Origin: an uncultured Bacillales bacterium
Lineage (GTDB): Bacteria; Bacillota_I; Bacilli_A; RFN20; CAG-826
Assembly: GCA_905197045.1 (NCBI GenBank)
Contig: CAJJXG010000006.1
Coordinates: forward strand, 9,555-73,554
DNA length: 64,000 nucleotides
Reading direction: 5' to 3'
Made by a program: the position numbers and the translations under genes. Below the pieces are notes generated by a model. That model did not search any database. It saw nothing but the letters and a program-made list of their open reading frames with translations, and was not told the origin of the DNA. Below, piece by piece: positions 1 through 9,236 of the stretch. Positions within the stretch are counted from its first letter, which is position 1, and each line of letters begins with the position of its first letter.

Positions 1-174
1 TTCTAGACCAGACATAATTAAAGCTTTTGAAGCAAAATTAGGAGAAGAAATATAAAAAGCATCGTTTTTAAAATAATAAGTTATTCGATTGCTCCTTAAG
101 CCCTTGTATTTAATATAGACATTGTATCTTTTCCCTTCTATTTCATAATAACAAAACAAAGAATATTTCTGCAT
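1..174 (-). CDS. partial CDS (N-terminal part only, runs off the left edge); hypothetical, possibly a DUF45/YgjP-like metallopeptidase N-terminus
   Basis: Manual minus-strand translation from the ATG at ~172-174 is open for 58 codons to the window edge: MQKYSLFCYYEIEGKRYNVYIKYKGLRSNRITYYFKNDAFYISSPNFASKALIMSGLE. The pattern of alternating beta-strand residues followed by 'ISSP' resembles DUF45 N-termini. No clear SD. Absent from the ORF track because it is truncated. Confidence 0.35.
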   Translation of the reverse strand, partial: MQKYSLFCYYEIEGKRYNVYIKYKGLRSNRITYYFKNDAFYISSPNFASKALIMSGLE

Positions 175-228
175 ATTTAAAATTATCGTACGAAGAAAAA
201 GAAATGTGTATAAAAATTATTCCTTTTT

Positions 229-2907
229 CTATTCAATTGTTTTTAAAGCTTCAATTGGCTTTTTATTACTTGCTTTATAAGCAGGTATTAAACTAGCTAA
301 AATTACTAAAACTAAACTTATCGCAATAACAATGAAAGCGTTAATAAAATCAATATTAACTATGTTTGACATTACTAAAAGGCCTAAATAATCACTAATT
401 GAATTATTAATAGAAATAGAGACAATAAAGCTTAAAAGTAAACCAATTATACTAGATAAAAGCGCTATGAAAACTGAGTCAATAATTACTAACTTTCCAA
501 TATCAGTTTTCTTAGCGCCTAAACTTCTTAAAACACCAAATTCATAAGTTCTTTCATTTGTCGAATTAAAAGTTAATACAAAAATCATAATTAAAGCAAT
601 TAATAAACTTATGCTGGTAAGAGATATTAAAATAAATGAAAGAAAATTAATGACATCTTTTACAAAAAGCATCACATCATTACTTAAATCAAGAAAAATT
701 ATTTTATCTTCTTCATCTAAGTTTAGATTGTATTGATTTAAATAATCGCGAATTTTTGTTTTGCTTTCATAGTCTTTTGGATAAATCAAAATATTTGTTA
801 CATATTTATCTAATCCAAAAATTTGTCGATTATTAATATAACTTGTATAGTCATTGCTGATTTCGTTATTTCCAATGATATTTAAAACATTAAAGTTTAA
901 TCTTCCATCAAAGTTTAAATAAAAAGCTTTCTCGTATTCTTTACTTACTTTGTTACGCCTATCATCCAAACAGTTAATGACACCATCTTGATTGATGTCA
1001 CTAACCTCGATTTTATTAAAAGTCTTTAAATAATCATCAAGTTCTTCTAAATAATAAACACCTGGAGAGAAAGATGAAATAAAACTATCTCTATTAGGAC
1101 GAGCAATACCAACAATTTTAAGTTCTTCGCCCTTATTAGAATCAAAATATAACTCTTCTAATTTTTCCTTACTAGGTTCATAAAAATAAGTTGTTTCCTT
1201 TATTTGATGTAAACTTGAAATAAAGTTAAAAATCTGATCTTCATCGTTAAAATCTACTTTATCGATATCAACATTAACACCACTTGGAACATCAACATAC
1301 TTAATGATTCTTTTTAATAATTCTTTTAAGTTTTCAAAATCATCCTTATTGTAAGATTCATTAAGTTTAATTAAATCGTTATATAAATCATAGATATTAA
1401 GATTTTCTTCTTTTAAAACATAACTTTCCTTTAGAAAAATCCCGTTAATCTCATTTGTTTTATTAGAATCTTCATAAAAGTCATCGTTATTAATAATCTT
1501 ATATGTTTTATTTAAAATCTTATCAAAGCCTATTGTGTTTTCATTAACACTTATTCCTATATTTTCTAAAACATCACTAGAAATATTATTATTACGATCA
1601 ACAAAAAGCATTAATTCATTTTTATTTTCAGGAAGTCTACCACTTATAACATCAACATCTTTAATTGCACTCTGATAGTTTCTAATAGGTCGAAAATAAG
1701 AAGAATTTAATAAAATTTGAGATGTAAAGTTAGCTGGTGTATTAAGAAAACTTTTAACTTCCTCGTTATCTAAAGTTAATAGATTCATACTTATTTTTTG
1801 ATTATAGCTGATGGATTCATATAAAGAAGAGTCCATTTGCTTAATATAAGAAAGGTAAGCATTATCTATTTTATTAAGATGAATTAAAGATGAAGTATCA
1901 ACATTTAAGTAGTTATAATCAGGATAAGCACCATCTTCTACTTCAATATAATTATTAAGGTTAATATTTGATAAAATTGAATCCTCAATACTTATTGGGT
2001 ATTTAATTAAAGTGTTATTTTCAATTTCATCAATATAAGAATTGGCCCCGAAATTTAATGCTAAAGATAAGCTTAATCCACCAAGTCCAAGAGCAAAACT
2101 TAGCGAAATAAAAAGTAATTTAAACTTTTGTTTTAAGGCTCTAAATAACTCTAAACCAAATAATGTCTTGTGCTTTAAAGATTTTTTATTCTCATCATTT
2201 TTATTAAAATCCTTGCAAATCTCATTTATTTTTTCATTTAGCAAAACATCATTAATTATTTTCCCATCTTCTAAAGTGATAATACGATCACTATAAATTC
2301 GAGCAAACTCTTCATTATGAGTTACCATAATAACTAAATAATCTTTAGCTAACTCTTTTAATAATCCTAATATTTCATGTGAATTTTTCTTATCTAATTG
2401 ACCAGTTGGTTCATCAGCTAAAATAATTGAAGGAGAATTAATTAAAGCGCGCGCTATAACCACTCTTTGCTTTTCACCTCCACTTAATTCTTTAGGAAAT
2501 TTATTCTTTTTATCAACTAAATTGACTCTTTTTAATATATTTAAAATAATTTCTTTTTCGTTATATTTATCACTTTTAAAATCTAGCGCTAATTTAATGT
2601 TTTGATAAACGTTTAAATAAGAAATTAAACTAAAGTTTTGAAAAACAAAACCGACATTATTTTTACGATACATCGTTAATTTTAAATCTGAATAATTAAC
2701 AATGTTTTCATTATTAAAATAAATTTCACCACTTGTTGGTTTATCGAGCCCTCCAATCAAGTTTAAAAGAGTCGTTTTTCCACTTCCACTATCCCCTAAA
2801 ATCGATATAAAGCCAACATCAGGCAACGTTAAATTGACGCCACTAATGGCGTCAAATTTAACATTACTATCTTGATAATTTTTATTTAACTTTATTAACT
2901 TAAGCAT
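229..2907 (-). CDS. fused ABC transporter ATP-binding/permease protein, MacB/FtsX type
   Basis: 892-aa ORF. N-terminal NBD motifs: Walker A GDSGSGKTT, Q-loop FVFQNF, signature LSGGEKQR, Walker B ILADEPTG, H-motif VTHN. This is followed by a TM helix, a large extracytoplasmic region and a C-terminal FtsX-like bundle (YEFGVLRSLGAKKTDIG...). Overlaps the upstream lipoprotein gene by 8 nt. Confidence 0.9.
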   Translation of the reverse strand: MLKLIKLNKNYQDSNVKFDAISGVNLTLPDVGFISILGDSGSGKTTLLNLIGGLDKPTSGEIYFNNENIVNYSDLKLTMYRKNNVGFVFQNFSLISYLNVYQNIKLALDFKSDKYNEKEIILNILKRVNLVDKKNKFPKELSGGEKQRVVIARALINSPSIILADEPTGQLDKKNSHEILGLLKELAKDYLVIMVTHNEEFARIYSDRIITLEDGKIINDVLLNEKINEICKDFNKNDENKKSLKHKTLFGLELFRALKQKFKLLFISLSFALGLGGLSLSLALNFGANSYIDEIENNTLIKYPISIEDSILSNINLNNYIEVEDGAYPDYNYLNVDTSSLIHLNKIDNAYLSYIKQMDSSLYESISYNQKISMNLLTLDNEEVKSFLNTPANFTSQILLNSSYFRPIRNYQSAIKDVDVISGRLPENKNELMLFVDRNNNISSDVLENIGISVNENTIGFDKILNKTYKIINNDDFYEDSNKTNEINGIFLKESYVLKEENLNIYDLYNDLIKLNESYNKDDFENLKELLKRIIKYVDVPSGVNVDIDKVDFNDEDQIFNFISSLHQIKETTYFYEPSKEKLEELYFDSNKGEELKIVGIARPNRDSFISSFSPGVYYLEELDDYLKTFNKIEVSDINQDGVINCLDDRRNKVSKEYEKAFYLNFDGRLNFNVLNIIGNNEISNDYTSYINNRQIFGLDKYVTNILIYPKDYESKTKIRDYLNQYNLNLDEEDKIIFLDLSNDVMLFVKDVINFLSFILISLTSISLLIALIMIFVLTFNSTNERTYEFGVLRSLGAKKTDIGKLVIIDSVFIALLSSIIGLLLSFIVSISINNSISDYLGLLVMSNIVNIDFINAFIVIAISLVLVILASLIPAYKASNKKPIEALKTIE

Positions 2908-5900
2908 CTAATTTATCTAAAGGTATTTCTGCTTCATAACCTCTACGTATACTGTCAAACTCAAAATAATATCGCACTGTAATAGATGTATAGCCTTCAT
3001 CAACACTTTCGATTGTAACAGGACAATTGTAAATGTTCAAAGTAAGGAAGCTCCAGTGAGATACATATCCAGAATCATAAGTCACAGAAAAATATAATTC
3101 AGCAGAATTTAAATGCACTACATTACCGGTTTTAAAGTCTTTACGAGAATTTTCCACAAATTGTTCACTTGGTATGGCATCACGTAAATCAAAGTCGCTT
3201 GTATAATAAACGAACAAAGAAATCTCTTCGCTAGAATTATTCTCAATATTTTGGACCTTTAATTTTAATTCTTGTCTTTCAGAAGAAAATCTATCAATCT
3301 CGTCTCCGTTTAAAACTTCTAAAATTGAATAAGTAGATATAACTTTCTCTCTATATCCTTTACTAGTTTCAATTCGTTGAACTTTATAAACACTATTACC
3401 AATTAAATACTCAGGTAAAACTGCAGAAGGAAAATAATTATAATCAGTCGCTCTTTCAATCGAAAACTCTTCTGTTATTGTAGGTTTTCCAAAATCTAAG
3501 GTGACTTCTTTTGATACCTTATTATGATTATCATCAACAAGATTAAGAGTGAGAGTATGTTCACCTTCTATAGATGCCATCTCTTCAAATTCTTCCTTAG
3601 TAAGATTTGTGCTTTCAACAAGATAATTAACTTCACCTAGATTCTCTCGACTAGTTATATCGTTACTATATCCAGGGCATGTATAGTTTTGATATGAAGT
3701 AATACGAACTGTTGATTCTAAAAATTCTTCATAACTCATTCCTTGATAAGTAAGACCTTCAAAACGGATTTCTTCATAAACCGGTCCATCTTTTTCAAAT
3801 ACTCGGTAACTAAAAGCGTGATAATTATTATTTACTTTATAGTAAGCAATAAATTCACCACTTTCTTCGGTTGAAAAATTAATAAGATCTTTAGTGGTTA
3901 TAGTTGTTTCGTTGTAATCATAATCTACAATAGTAACCTCTTCATAAACGTTGCCTTTTATTAAATTACTCCAGTTCACATGCAAATAATAATAATCGTG
4001 CTCTTTATCGCAAACATAATATTTAAAAGCAAAATCAAGATTATTATATGTAAAAGTAGCAATTCTTGTGCCATATGTAGAAGTATCAAAGCCTTCGATG
4101 TTTAACTTATCAAAAGCGACCCTTTCCATACTATTTCCATCATTAATTTCTAAATAAAAATTATTATAGTTATCATTTAAATTAAATTTAAAATCTTTAT
4201 TTCCACTAATGAAATATTGAATAACCTGGTTAGGCTCTTCAGGAGCTAGTTCTTGTAGGAATTTTTGGATATGATCTGCTTCTTCTAAACTAATATTATT
4301 GGCATCTAATTTACTAGCATATTCAAGCTCTGCGACAACATCTTTAGCAGGTAAGCCAAATTCAGGTAGCATTTCTGAATAATAGTTATGGTAAGAACTT
4401 AAAGTAAGACAGTATATTGCTTTGTCATTATTAACAAAGAAATCCATAAAATTAGTAACGTCTTCTTTTATGTCACTAGCATTATTTCCAAAAAGAGTAA
4501 ATGTAGATACAAGCTTTTTTGAAAAAACAACAAAAGTTTTTACAGAATTATCCCCACCACTTTGATTTTTAAATAAATCAAGGAAGTTCTTATATTCTTC
4601 TTCGGTTAAGCTTTTTGCTAAAGTTGCAAAATAGCGTATCGCTGCATAAACTTCTTTATAATACTTTTTCGCCTCATTAATTACTTCTTTGTATTCTGAA
4701 TCAATAAATAAAGTCATTTCAGGTTCTGCAAAAAAGGCATTGTAATTAAGAATAAACTCATAATTTTCTTCAACAAAATCTAAATAAAATAAGTAAAACT
4801 CCTTAAAAGCATCAAAACTTATAAAACTATCAGCAAGATAATTTCCTAACTTAACAATCGATCTTGTCATTAATTCGCTATCATTATAGCTTCCTTTATT
4901 AAAACTTGTGATTATATAAATAAAATCATAGATTGTATCTTTACCATATTCTTTTGAAATCTCAGTTTCAATCAAACTATAAAGAATTTGAGCAATATAA
5001 GTGGAAAGTTTGGAAAATCCTTTAGTAAAAGAACTCCCATCTAATTTAACTGAATTATCTTTAAGATTTTGATAGAAATTTTTAATATCTTGATTAGGTG
5101 AATTTTCGATTATGTTATCAAAATTTGTAATGCTTAATGAGCCATAGTTTGCGCCAAATATGTTATATCGCGTATTTGATAAACCCATTTCCATGGAAAA
5201 GCTATATAAACTTGAATAGGTAGCACTTACTATTTCAATAAATTCATCTTTATTAAAGGTTTCGTAAACTCCCATAGCCATTGAATAGACAAGTCTACTA
5301 AATCTTTCAGCATTCATTGAATCAGAATTCTTAAAAAGTTCTTCAAAAAAAGCTAATATCTTTTCATTTCGACTTCCTTCTCTTACAACTTTTTCAAATG
5401 TTTCTTTTTGTAAGCCGTTTCCAATGAATAAATTTATAAGCATTTGCGCCGTTTTATCATTTTTAAACTTGCTTTTTACTTTGCCATTTTCGTCAAAAAA
5501 GTCTTTAGCATATTCTGCATTTTTTACGTCTTCTGCTAGATTATCTTCAATAATTTGGACAAAATCATTAAATGAAAAATCAGCATCGACTACAGGATTA
5601 TAAGGGACAAAATTAAAGCCGCCTTTTAAATATTCAGGTGCTTCACAAACGGTTCCTTTACTTTTTACAGTGATTGTTAATTTATTTGATTCTTTGTCAT
5701 CAAGTTTAGCGCTAATTGTAGTTGTTCCTTCTTTTAAAGCTAAAACAACTCCATCATTAGAAACGCTAGCAACACTAGAATCGCTACTTACAAAAGTTAC
5801 TTTTGTTTTGTCTCCATTTGTTTTTAACTCAATTGTTAAACTTTCACCAACTGCTAATTCACTTTTGCTCGCCGAAATTTCTAACGTTAAATTTTGATCG

Positions 5901-6004
5901 TTATTATCGTAAGTTGGATTATCGCTATTTCCACAAGCGCTAATTGAGCCAAATGTTAAAATTCCTGCTAAAGCTAATGCAATATAACCTCTTCTTCTTT
6001 TCAC
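2900..6004 (-). CDS. large surface lipoprotein with an N-terminal Big_2-like Ig domain
   Basis: 1034-aa ORF with a signal peptide and lipobox (LTFGSISA-C-GN). Residues ~40-115 resemble bacterial Ig-like group 2 (LTLEISASKSELAVGESLTIEL...VTFVSSDSSVASVSNDGVVLALKEGTTTISAKL). I do not recognise the remainder. SD-like GGAGG lies just upstream (cctcc at ~6011-6015 on the + strand). Confidence 0.85.
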   Translation of the reverse strand: MKRRRGYIALALAGILTFGSISACGNSDNPTYDNNDQNLTLEISASKSELAVGESLTIELKTNGDKTKVTFVSSDSSVASVSNDGVVLALKEGTTTISAKLDDKESNKLTITVKSKGTVCEAPEYLKGGFNFVPYNPVVDADFSFNDFVQIIEDNLAEDVKNAEYAKDFFDENGKVKSKFKNDKTAQMLINLFIGNGLQKETFEKVVREGSRNEKILAFFEELFKNSDSMNAERFSRLVYSMAMGVYETFNKDEFIEIVSATYSSLYSFSMEMGLSNTRYNIFGANYGSLSITNFDNIIENSPNQDIKNFYQNLKDNSVKLDGSSFTKGFSKLSTYIAQILYSLIETEISKEYGKDTIYDFIYIITSFNKGSYNDSELMTRSIVKLGNYLADSFISFDAFKEFYLFYLDFVEENYEFILNYNAFFAEPEMTLFIDSEYKEVINEAKKYYKEVYAAIRYFATLAKSLTEEEYKNFLDLFKNQSGGDNSVKTFVVFSKKLVSTFTLFGNNASDIKEDVTNFMDFFVNNDKAIYCLTLSSYHNYYSEMLPEFGLPAKDVVAELEYASKLDANNISLEEADHIQKFLQELAPEEPNQVIQYFISGNKDFKFNLNDNYNNFYLEINDGNSMERVAFDKLNIEGFDTSTYGTRIATFTYNNLDFAFKYYVCDKEHDYYYLHVNWSNLIKGNVYEEVTIVDYDYNETTITTKDLINFSTEESGEFIAYYKVNNNYHAFSYRVFEKDGPVYEEIRFEGLTYQGMSYEEFLESTVRITSYQNYTCPGYSNDITSRENLGEVNYLVESTNLTKEEFEEMASIEGEHTLTLNLVDDNHNKVSKEVTLDFGKPTITEEFSIERATDYNYFPSAVLPEYLIGNSVYKVQRIETSKGYREKVISTYSILEVLNGDEIDRFSSERQELKLKVQNIENNSSEEISLFVYYTSDFDLRDAIPSEQFVENSRKDFKTGNVVHLNSAELYFSVTYDSGYVSHWSFLTLNIYNCPVTIESVDEGYTSITVRYYFEFDSIRRGYEAEIPLDKLDA

Positions 6005-6224
6005 AATGATTCCTCCGATATTTTTTACTTTTCTTAAATCTTATTGCTTCATATAGACAAAGTCAATTTTTAGCCATCATTTGTCACTATTTGATAAAAT
6101 CATTTCCTAAAATAGAAAACAAAGGAAAAAATCTCGATAATCTTCAACATATCAAGAATATTAAGTAGCGCCTTAAACTAATTAAAAGTATAATATTGAG
6201 GTTAGAAAAAGGAGAGAGTAAGTT

Positions 6225-6656
6225 ATGGAAACGATTATTGTTAGCGCATGTCTTTTAGGAGAAAATACTAAATATAATGGCGGAAATAACTATGACGCTC
6301 GAATTGAAAAATTGAAAGAAAAATATAATATTGTTCCAATTTGTCCTGAATCTTTTGGTGGATTAAAAATCCCTAGAGAACCTAGTGAAATTCAAGGATC
6401 TTTTGTTGTTTCAAAAAATGGGAAAGATGTGACCAATCAATTTAATGAAGGCGCTCATAAAGTAATTAATATAGTTAACTTTATGCATGTTAAAAAAGCT
6501 GTTTTAATGGATCGCTCACCAAGTTGTGGAGTAAACAAAATTTATAATGGTAAATTTAACCACACTTTAATTGATGGGCAAGGCTACACTGCTCGCTTAT
6601 TAAAAGAAAAAGGCGTCGAACTTTATACAATCGATGATATCGACAAATTATTATGA
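6225..6656 (+). CDS. DUF523 (YbbK/TudS-like) family protein
   Basis: 143 aa. Shows the characteristic DUF523 cysteine pattern: VSACLLGENTKYNGG, PICPE..GGL, DRSPSCG. Strong SD AAAGGAGAG upstream. The stop overlaps the next start (ATGA). Confidence 0.85.
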   Translation: METIIVSACLLGENTKYNGGNNYDARIEKLKEKYNIVPICPESFGGLKIPREPSEIQGSFVVSKNGKDVTNQFNEGAHKVINIVNFMHVKKAVLMDRSPSCGVNKIYNGKFNHTLIDGQGYTARLLKEKGVELYTIDDIDKLL

Positions 6657-7201
6657 GATCAAAAACTAGTGTTATTATTTTAAAAATATCTTTTATTGCT
6701 CTTTTTAGTGCCTTGATTTTTGTTTGTGGAGCTTTTTTAGCTATTCCTTATGCTGGAGGAGCTGGATACTTTAATTTTTCAGATATTTTAATATTATTTT
6801 CTTCTGCTTATTTAGGCCCTGAAATAGGATTGATTTCTGGAATAATTGGAGCATCAATGAGTGATTTATATGCCGGATTTGCTAGCTGCATTCCATTTAC
6901 AATAATTGCAAAAAGCTTAGAATCAATTGTATTTTCATTAATTTTCTTTATTTTCAGAAAACATAAATACCTGAAAAATATTGCTTTTTTAATTGCACCA
7001 CTTTTTATGGTTGCTTCTTATATTCCATATTATCTTTTATATGATAATGGTGCTGGAGTTATGGCTTTAATATCGTCTTGTTATGATTTATTACAAGGAG
7101 CTATTTCTACTGTTGTTGCTATCTTTTTATATTATCTATTTATTAGATTAAAACTACCTTTTAATGTATATAATCTATTAAACTGGCCTAATAAAAATTA
7201 G
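6653..7201 (+). CDS. ECF-transporter S-component-like membrane protein (substrate unknown)
   Basis: 182 aa with ~5-6 TM helices. Size and hydrophobicity pattern are typical of ECF substrate-capture subunits. Translationally coupled to the DUF523 gene. Confidence 0.6.
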   Translation: MRSKTSVIILKISFIALFSALIFVCGAFLAIPYAGGAGYFNFSDILILFSSAYLGPEIGLISGIIGASMSDLYAGFASCIPFTIIAKSLESIVFSLIFFIFRKHKYLKNIAFLIAPLFMVASYIPYYLLYDNGAGVMALISSCYDLLQGAISTVVAIFLYYLFIRLKLPFNVYNLLNWPNKN

Positions 7202-7211
7202 TTTTTAATCA

Positions 7212-7739
7212 TTAATACTTATAAAAGTAGATATCATATTTACCAGCTTGTTTAGTTTTTTCGTATGTTTTTGTATCTAATCCACCAATTTCAAAGCCAC
7301 AAGATAAATAAAATAAACAAGCATCTAAATTATTATCTTGAGCAATGGTATATAAGCCAGGATAATTATGATTAAGTGCATATTGATAAGAGAATTCAAT
7401 TAATTTTTTACCAATTCCTTTTCTTCTAAAACTTTTATTAACCTTTAAATCATATAAGAAAAGGGAAGAATTAAAAGTTTCAGTTAAAATTGCAAGTCCA
7501 ACACAAATATTATTTTCATAAGCTCCAATAAAAACATAATCATCCATCTTTTCAAAATTATAGTTTTCGTTAGGAAAGGTCATTTCCTTAACTTGATTTT
7601 CTTTAAAAACTTCCTCTCTATATTCCCACTTGTTATTAACAAAAGACACTAAAAGTCTTCCTCTAATTTTAAAAGGTTGATTAGGAATATTTATATCTTT
7701 TTCGAAGTCTTCATTAATAATTCTAATTTCCAAATACAC
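7212..7739 (-). CDS. GNAT family N-acetyltransferase
   Basis: 175 aa. Acetyl-CoA binding motif VNKSFRRKGIGKKLIE (R/Q-x-x-G-x-G/A). GTG start preceded by GAGAGG. Confidence 0.85.
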   Translation of the reverse strand: MYLEIRIINEDFEKDINIPNQPFKIRGRLLVSFVNNKWEYREEVFKENQVKEMTFPNENYNFEKMDDYVFIGAYENNICVGLAILTETFNSSLFLYDLKVNKSFRRKGIGKKLIEFSYQYALNHNYPGLYTIAQDNNLDACLFYLSCGFEIGGLDTKTYEKTKQAGKYDIYFYKY

Positions 7740-7777
7740 TACCTCTCTTTTTAATTAGTTTATCATCAATTTGCTAG

Positions 7778-7810
7778 TAAACAAAAAGCCAGATATATTT
7801 CAATCTGGCT
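7778..7810 (-). terminator. rho-independent terminator downstream of the small ORF
   Basis: 8-bp stem AGCCAGAT / ATCTGGCT (~7787-7794 / 7803-7810) with an 8-nt loop. On the minus strand it is followed by TTTTTGTTT. Confidence 0.6.
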
Positions 7811-7838
7811 CATATTAATAATTAATTCTTGAAGCGAA

Positions 7839-7979
7839 TTAATACTTAACAACTTTGAAAATTGGTGCGGATACTGTTTGACCGAATTCGTTATTCATTG
7901 CATAAATCGTGTAAACACTTTCAACCTTAGCTTCTTTTCTTAATTGTCTTCTTAACATTAATCTTCTTAAAAACATCAT
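7839..7979 (-). CDS. small basic protein, 46 aa, unknown function (below the ORF-track cutoff)
   Basis: Manual translation: MMFLRRLMLRRQLRKEAKVESVYTIYAMNNEFGQTVSAPIFKVVKY*. A perfect SD AAGGAGG lies 9 nt upstream of the ATG at ~7979 (an in-frame ATG at ~7988 abuts the SD and is unlikely). Its own terminator hairpin lies ~29 nt after the stop. Confidence 0.55.
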   Translation of the reverse strand: MMFLRRLMLRRQLRKEAKVESVYTIYAMNNEFGQTVSAPIFKVVKY

Positions 7980-8288
7980 ATTGAGCATCCTCCTTACGCC
8001 TTATATATTAAGGTAGTTTTTAAAAGATACAACAGAAATTACAAGCTCAAAAATAGTCTGAAAACGCTTACTTTTTTTCTTTATTTTCAAAAATCACGAT
8101 AATAATCGACATATTTCATACGTAAGTATTTTTTTATGAAAGTGTTTTCATATAAAAGGAATTTTTTAATAAATAAATTGACTTTTGATAAATTAACTTA
8201 ACTTTTACAAGGTTTTCTTAAAAAATCAAAAATAAGAATAATATGTTTTTCTTTCATTCAAAAATAGAATAAATTTTAATTTCTTGTA

Positions 8289-8705
8289 TTATCCTTTATT
8301 TAAAAAAGTTTCAATGTCTTCATTCCATTTATTTGTATCAACACTACTTATTGAAACATAATTTGTCGATTTTTCTAAATCTCTAATATATAGGTTTCCT
8401 AAAGTAGTTGAAGAAACTCCTAAAGGAATTTTTCTATCTTGATACCAAAGTGAAACTGAAGAAACAGAAAACAAAATAGTATCAGTTTCTAAAAAAGTTG
8501 TATCCTTTAAATACGTCGAATAAAAATAATCAAAATCATCCTCTGAAAGAGTTATAAGAGCAATCCCATCATTAAGAATTTCAATTTTATCTGGTTTTTC
8601 TAGACTCATTTTGTTGCCTTCATATGGAAATTCTTCTTTTCCACAAGATGATAATAAAACTAAAGGCAAAATCATAAATGGTATAAGTAATTTCTTTTTC
8701 ATCAT
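8289..8705 (-). CDS. small lipoprotein, unknown function
   Basis: 138 aa with signal peptide and lipobox LLSS-C-G. Paralogous to the next gene (shared ...LSE[DE]...[FY]Y.TYLK...F segment). SD AAGGAG upstream. Confidence 0.7.
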   Translation of the reverse strand: MMKKKLLIPFMILPLVLLSSCGKEEFPYEGNKMSLEKPDKIEILNDGIALITLSEDDFDYFYSTYLKDTTFLETDTILFSVSSVSLWYQDRKIPLGVSSTTLGNLYIRDLEKSTNYVSISSVDTNKWNEDIETFLNKG

Positions 8706-8720
8706 TAAACTCCTTACTAA

Positions 8721-9146
8721 TTAATCAGAGTTTTCAAGTAAAAACTCATGCATCTCAATGTAAGGAACTTCTTCATTACATAAAAATTCATGAGTTATAT
8801 TGTCTCGAACAAGTCTAAAAGAAATCATGTTAAAGTTTGCTAAAAATAGCTGAATAGGTTTATCACCATTTGGATATTGATCAAAATGATAACTATATTC
8901 AATTTCAGTTCCACCAATAAATGAGTTTTTAAAACGTTCAAACTTAAGCGATTTTAGATAAGTGTTGTAAAATTCAAGCGATTTCTCTTCACTTAGTGTT
9001 TTTATGTTGTCACCATTACTTTTAAACGATATTTCAGTTGGAGCTGGTAAATAAACAACATCTTCAAAAACATCAAAATTATTACTATTTGAGCATCCAG
9101 TCAAAAGCATTGAAAAAATAATTCCAGCAAATATTTTTTTCTTCAT
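8721..9146 (-). CDS. small lipoprotein, unknown function (tandem paralog)
   Basis: 141 aa with lipobox LLTG-C-S. SD AAGGAGAG upstream. Confidence 0.7.
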   Translation of the reverse strand: MKKKIFAGIIFSMLLTGCSNSNNFDVFEDVVYLPAPTEISFKSNGDNIKTLSEEKSLEFYNTYLKSLKFERFKNSFIGGTEIEYSYHFDQYPNGDKPIQLFLANFNMISFRLVRDNITHEFLCNEEVPYIEMHEFLLENSD

Positions 9147-9193
9147 AACTCTCCTTTATATGGGAACTTTTAGAATTGCAATATTTCCGTGGA

Positions 9194-9225
9194 TTAAAAA
9201 AGATGCCTATTAAAATAGGCATCTT
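9194..9225 (-). terminator. rho-independent terminator ending the maltodextrin operon
   Basis: 10-bp perfect stem AGATGCCTAT / ATAGGCATCT (~9201-9210 / 9215-9224) with a 4-nt loop. Followed on the minus strand by TTTTTTAAT. Lies 12 nt after the ATPase stop. Confidence 0.8.
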
Positions 9226-9236
9226 GCATTTCATAA

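Noticed and set aside
2-55. A plus-strand reading frame ending in TAA at ~53-55 (…SRPDIIKAFEAKLGEEI*), which could be the C-terminal tail of a gene lying left of the window.
   Set aside because: Only 17 codons are visible. They overlap the longer (58-codon) open minus-strand frame, which has a plausible ATG and a DUF45-like pattern. The two cannot be distinguished with certainty, so I chose the minus-strand call at low confidence.
6005-6224. A possible riboswitch (for example preQ1 or a vitamin class) upstream of the DUF523 / ECF S-component pair.
   Set aside because: I could not find conserved riboswitch core sequences or a convincing terminator/antiterminator structure in the 220-bp leader. 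Only a TATAAT-like -10 (~6189-6194) and a strong SD are present.
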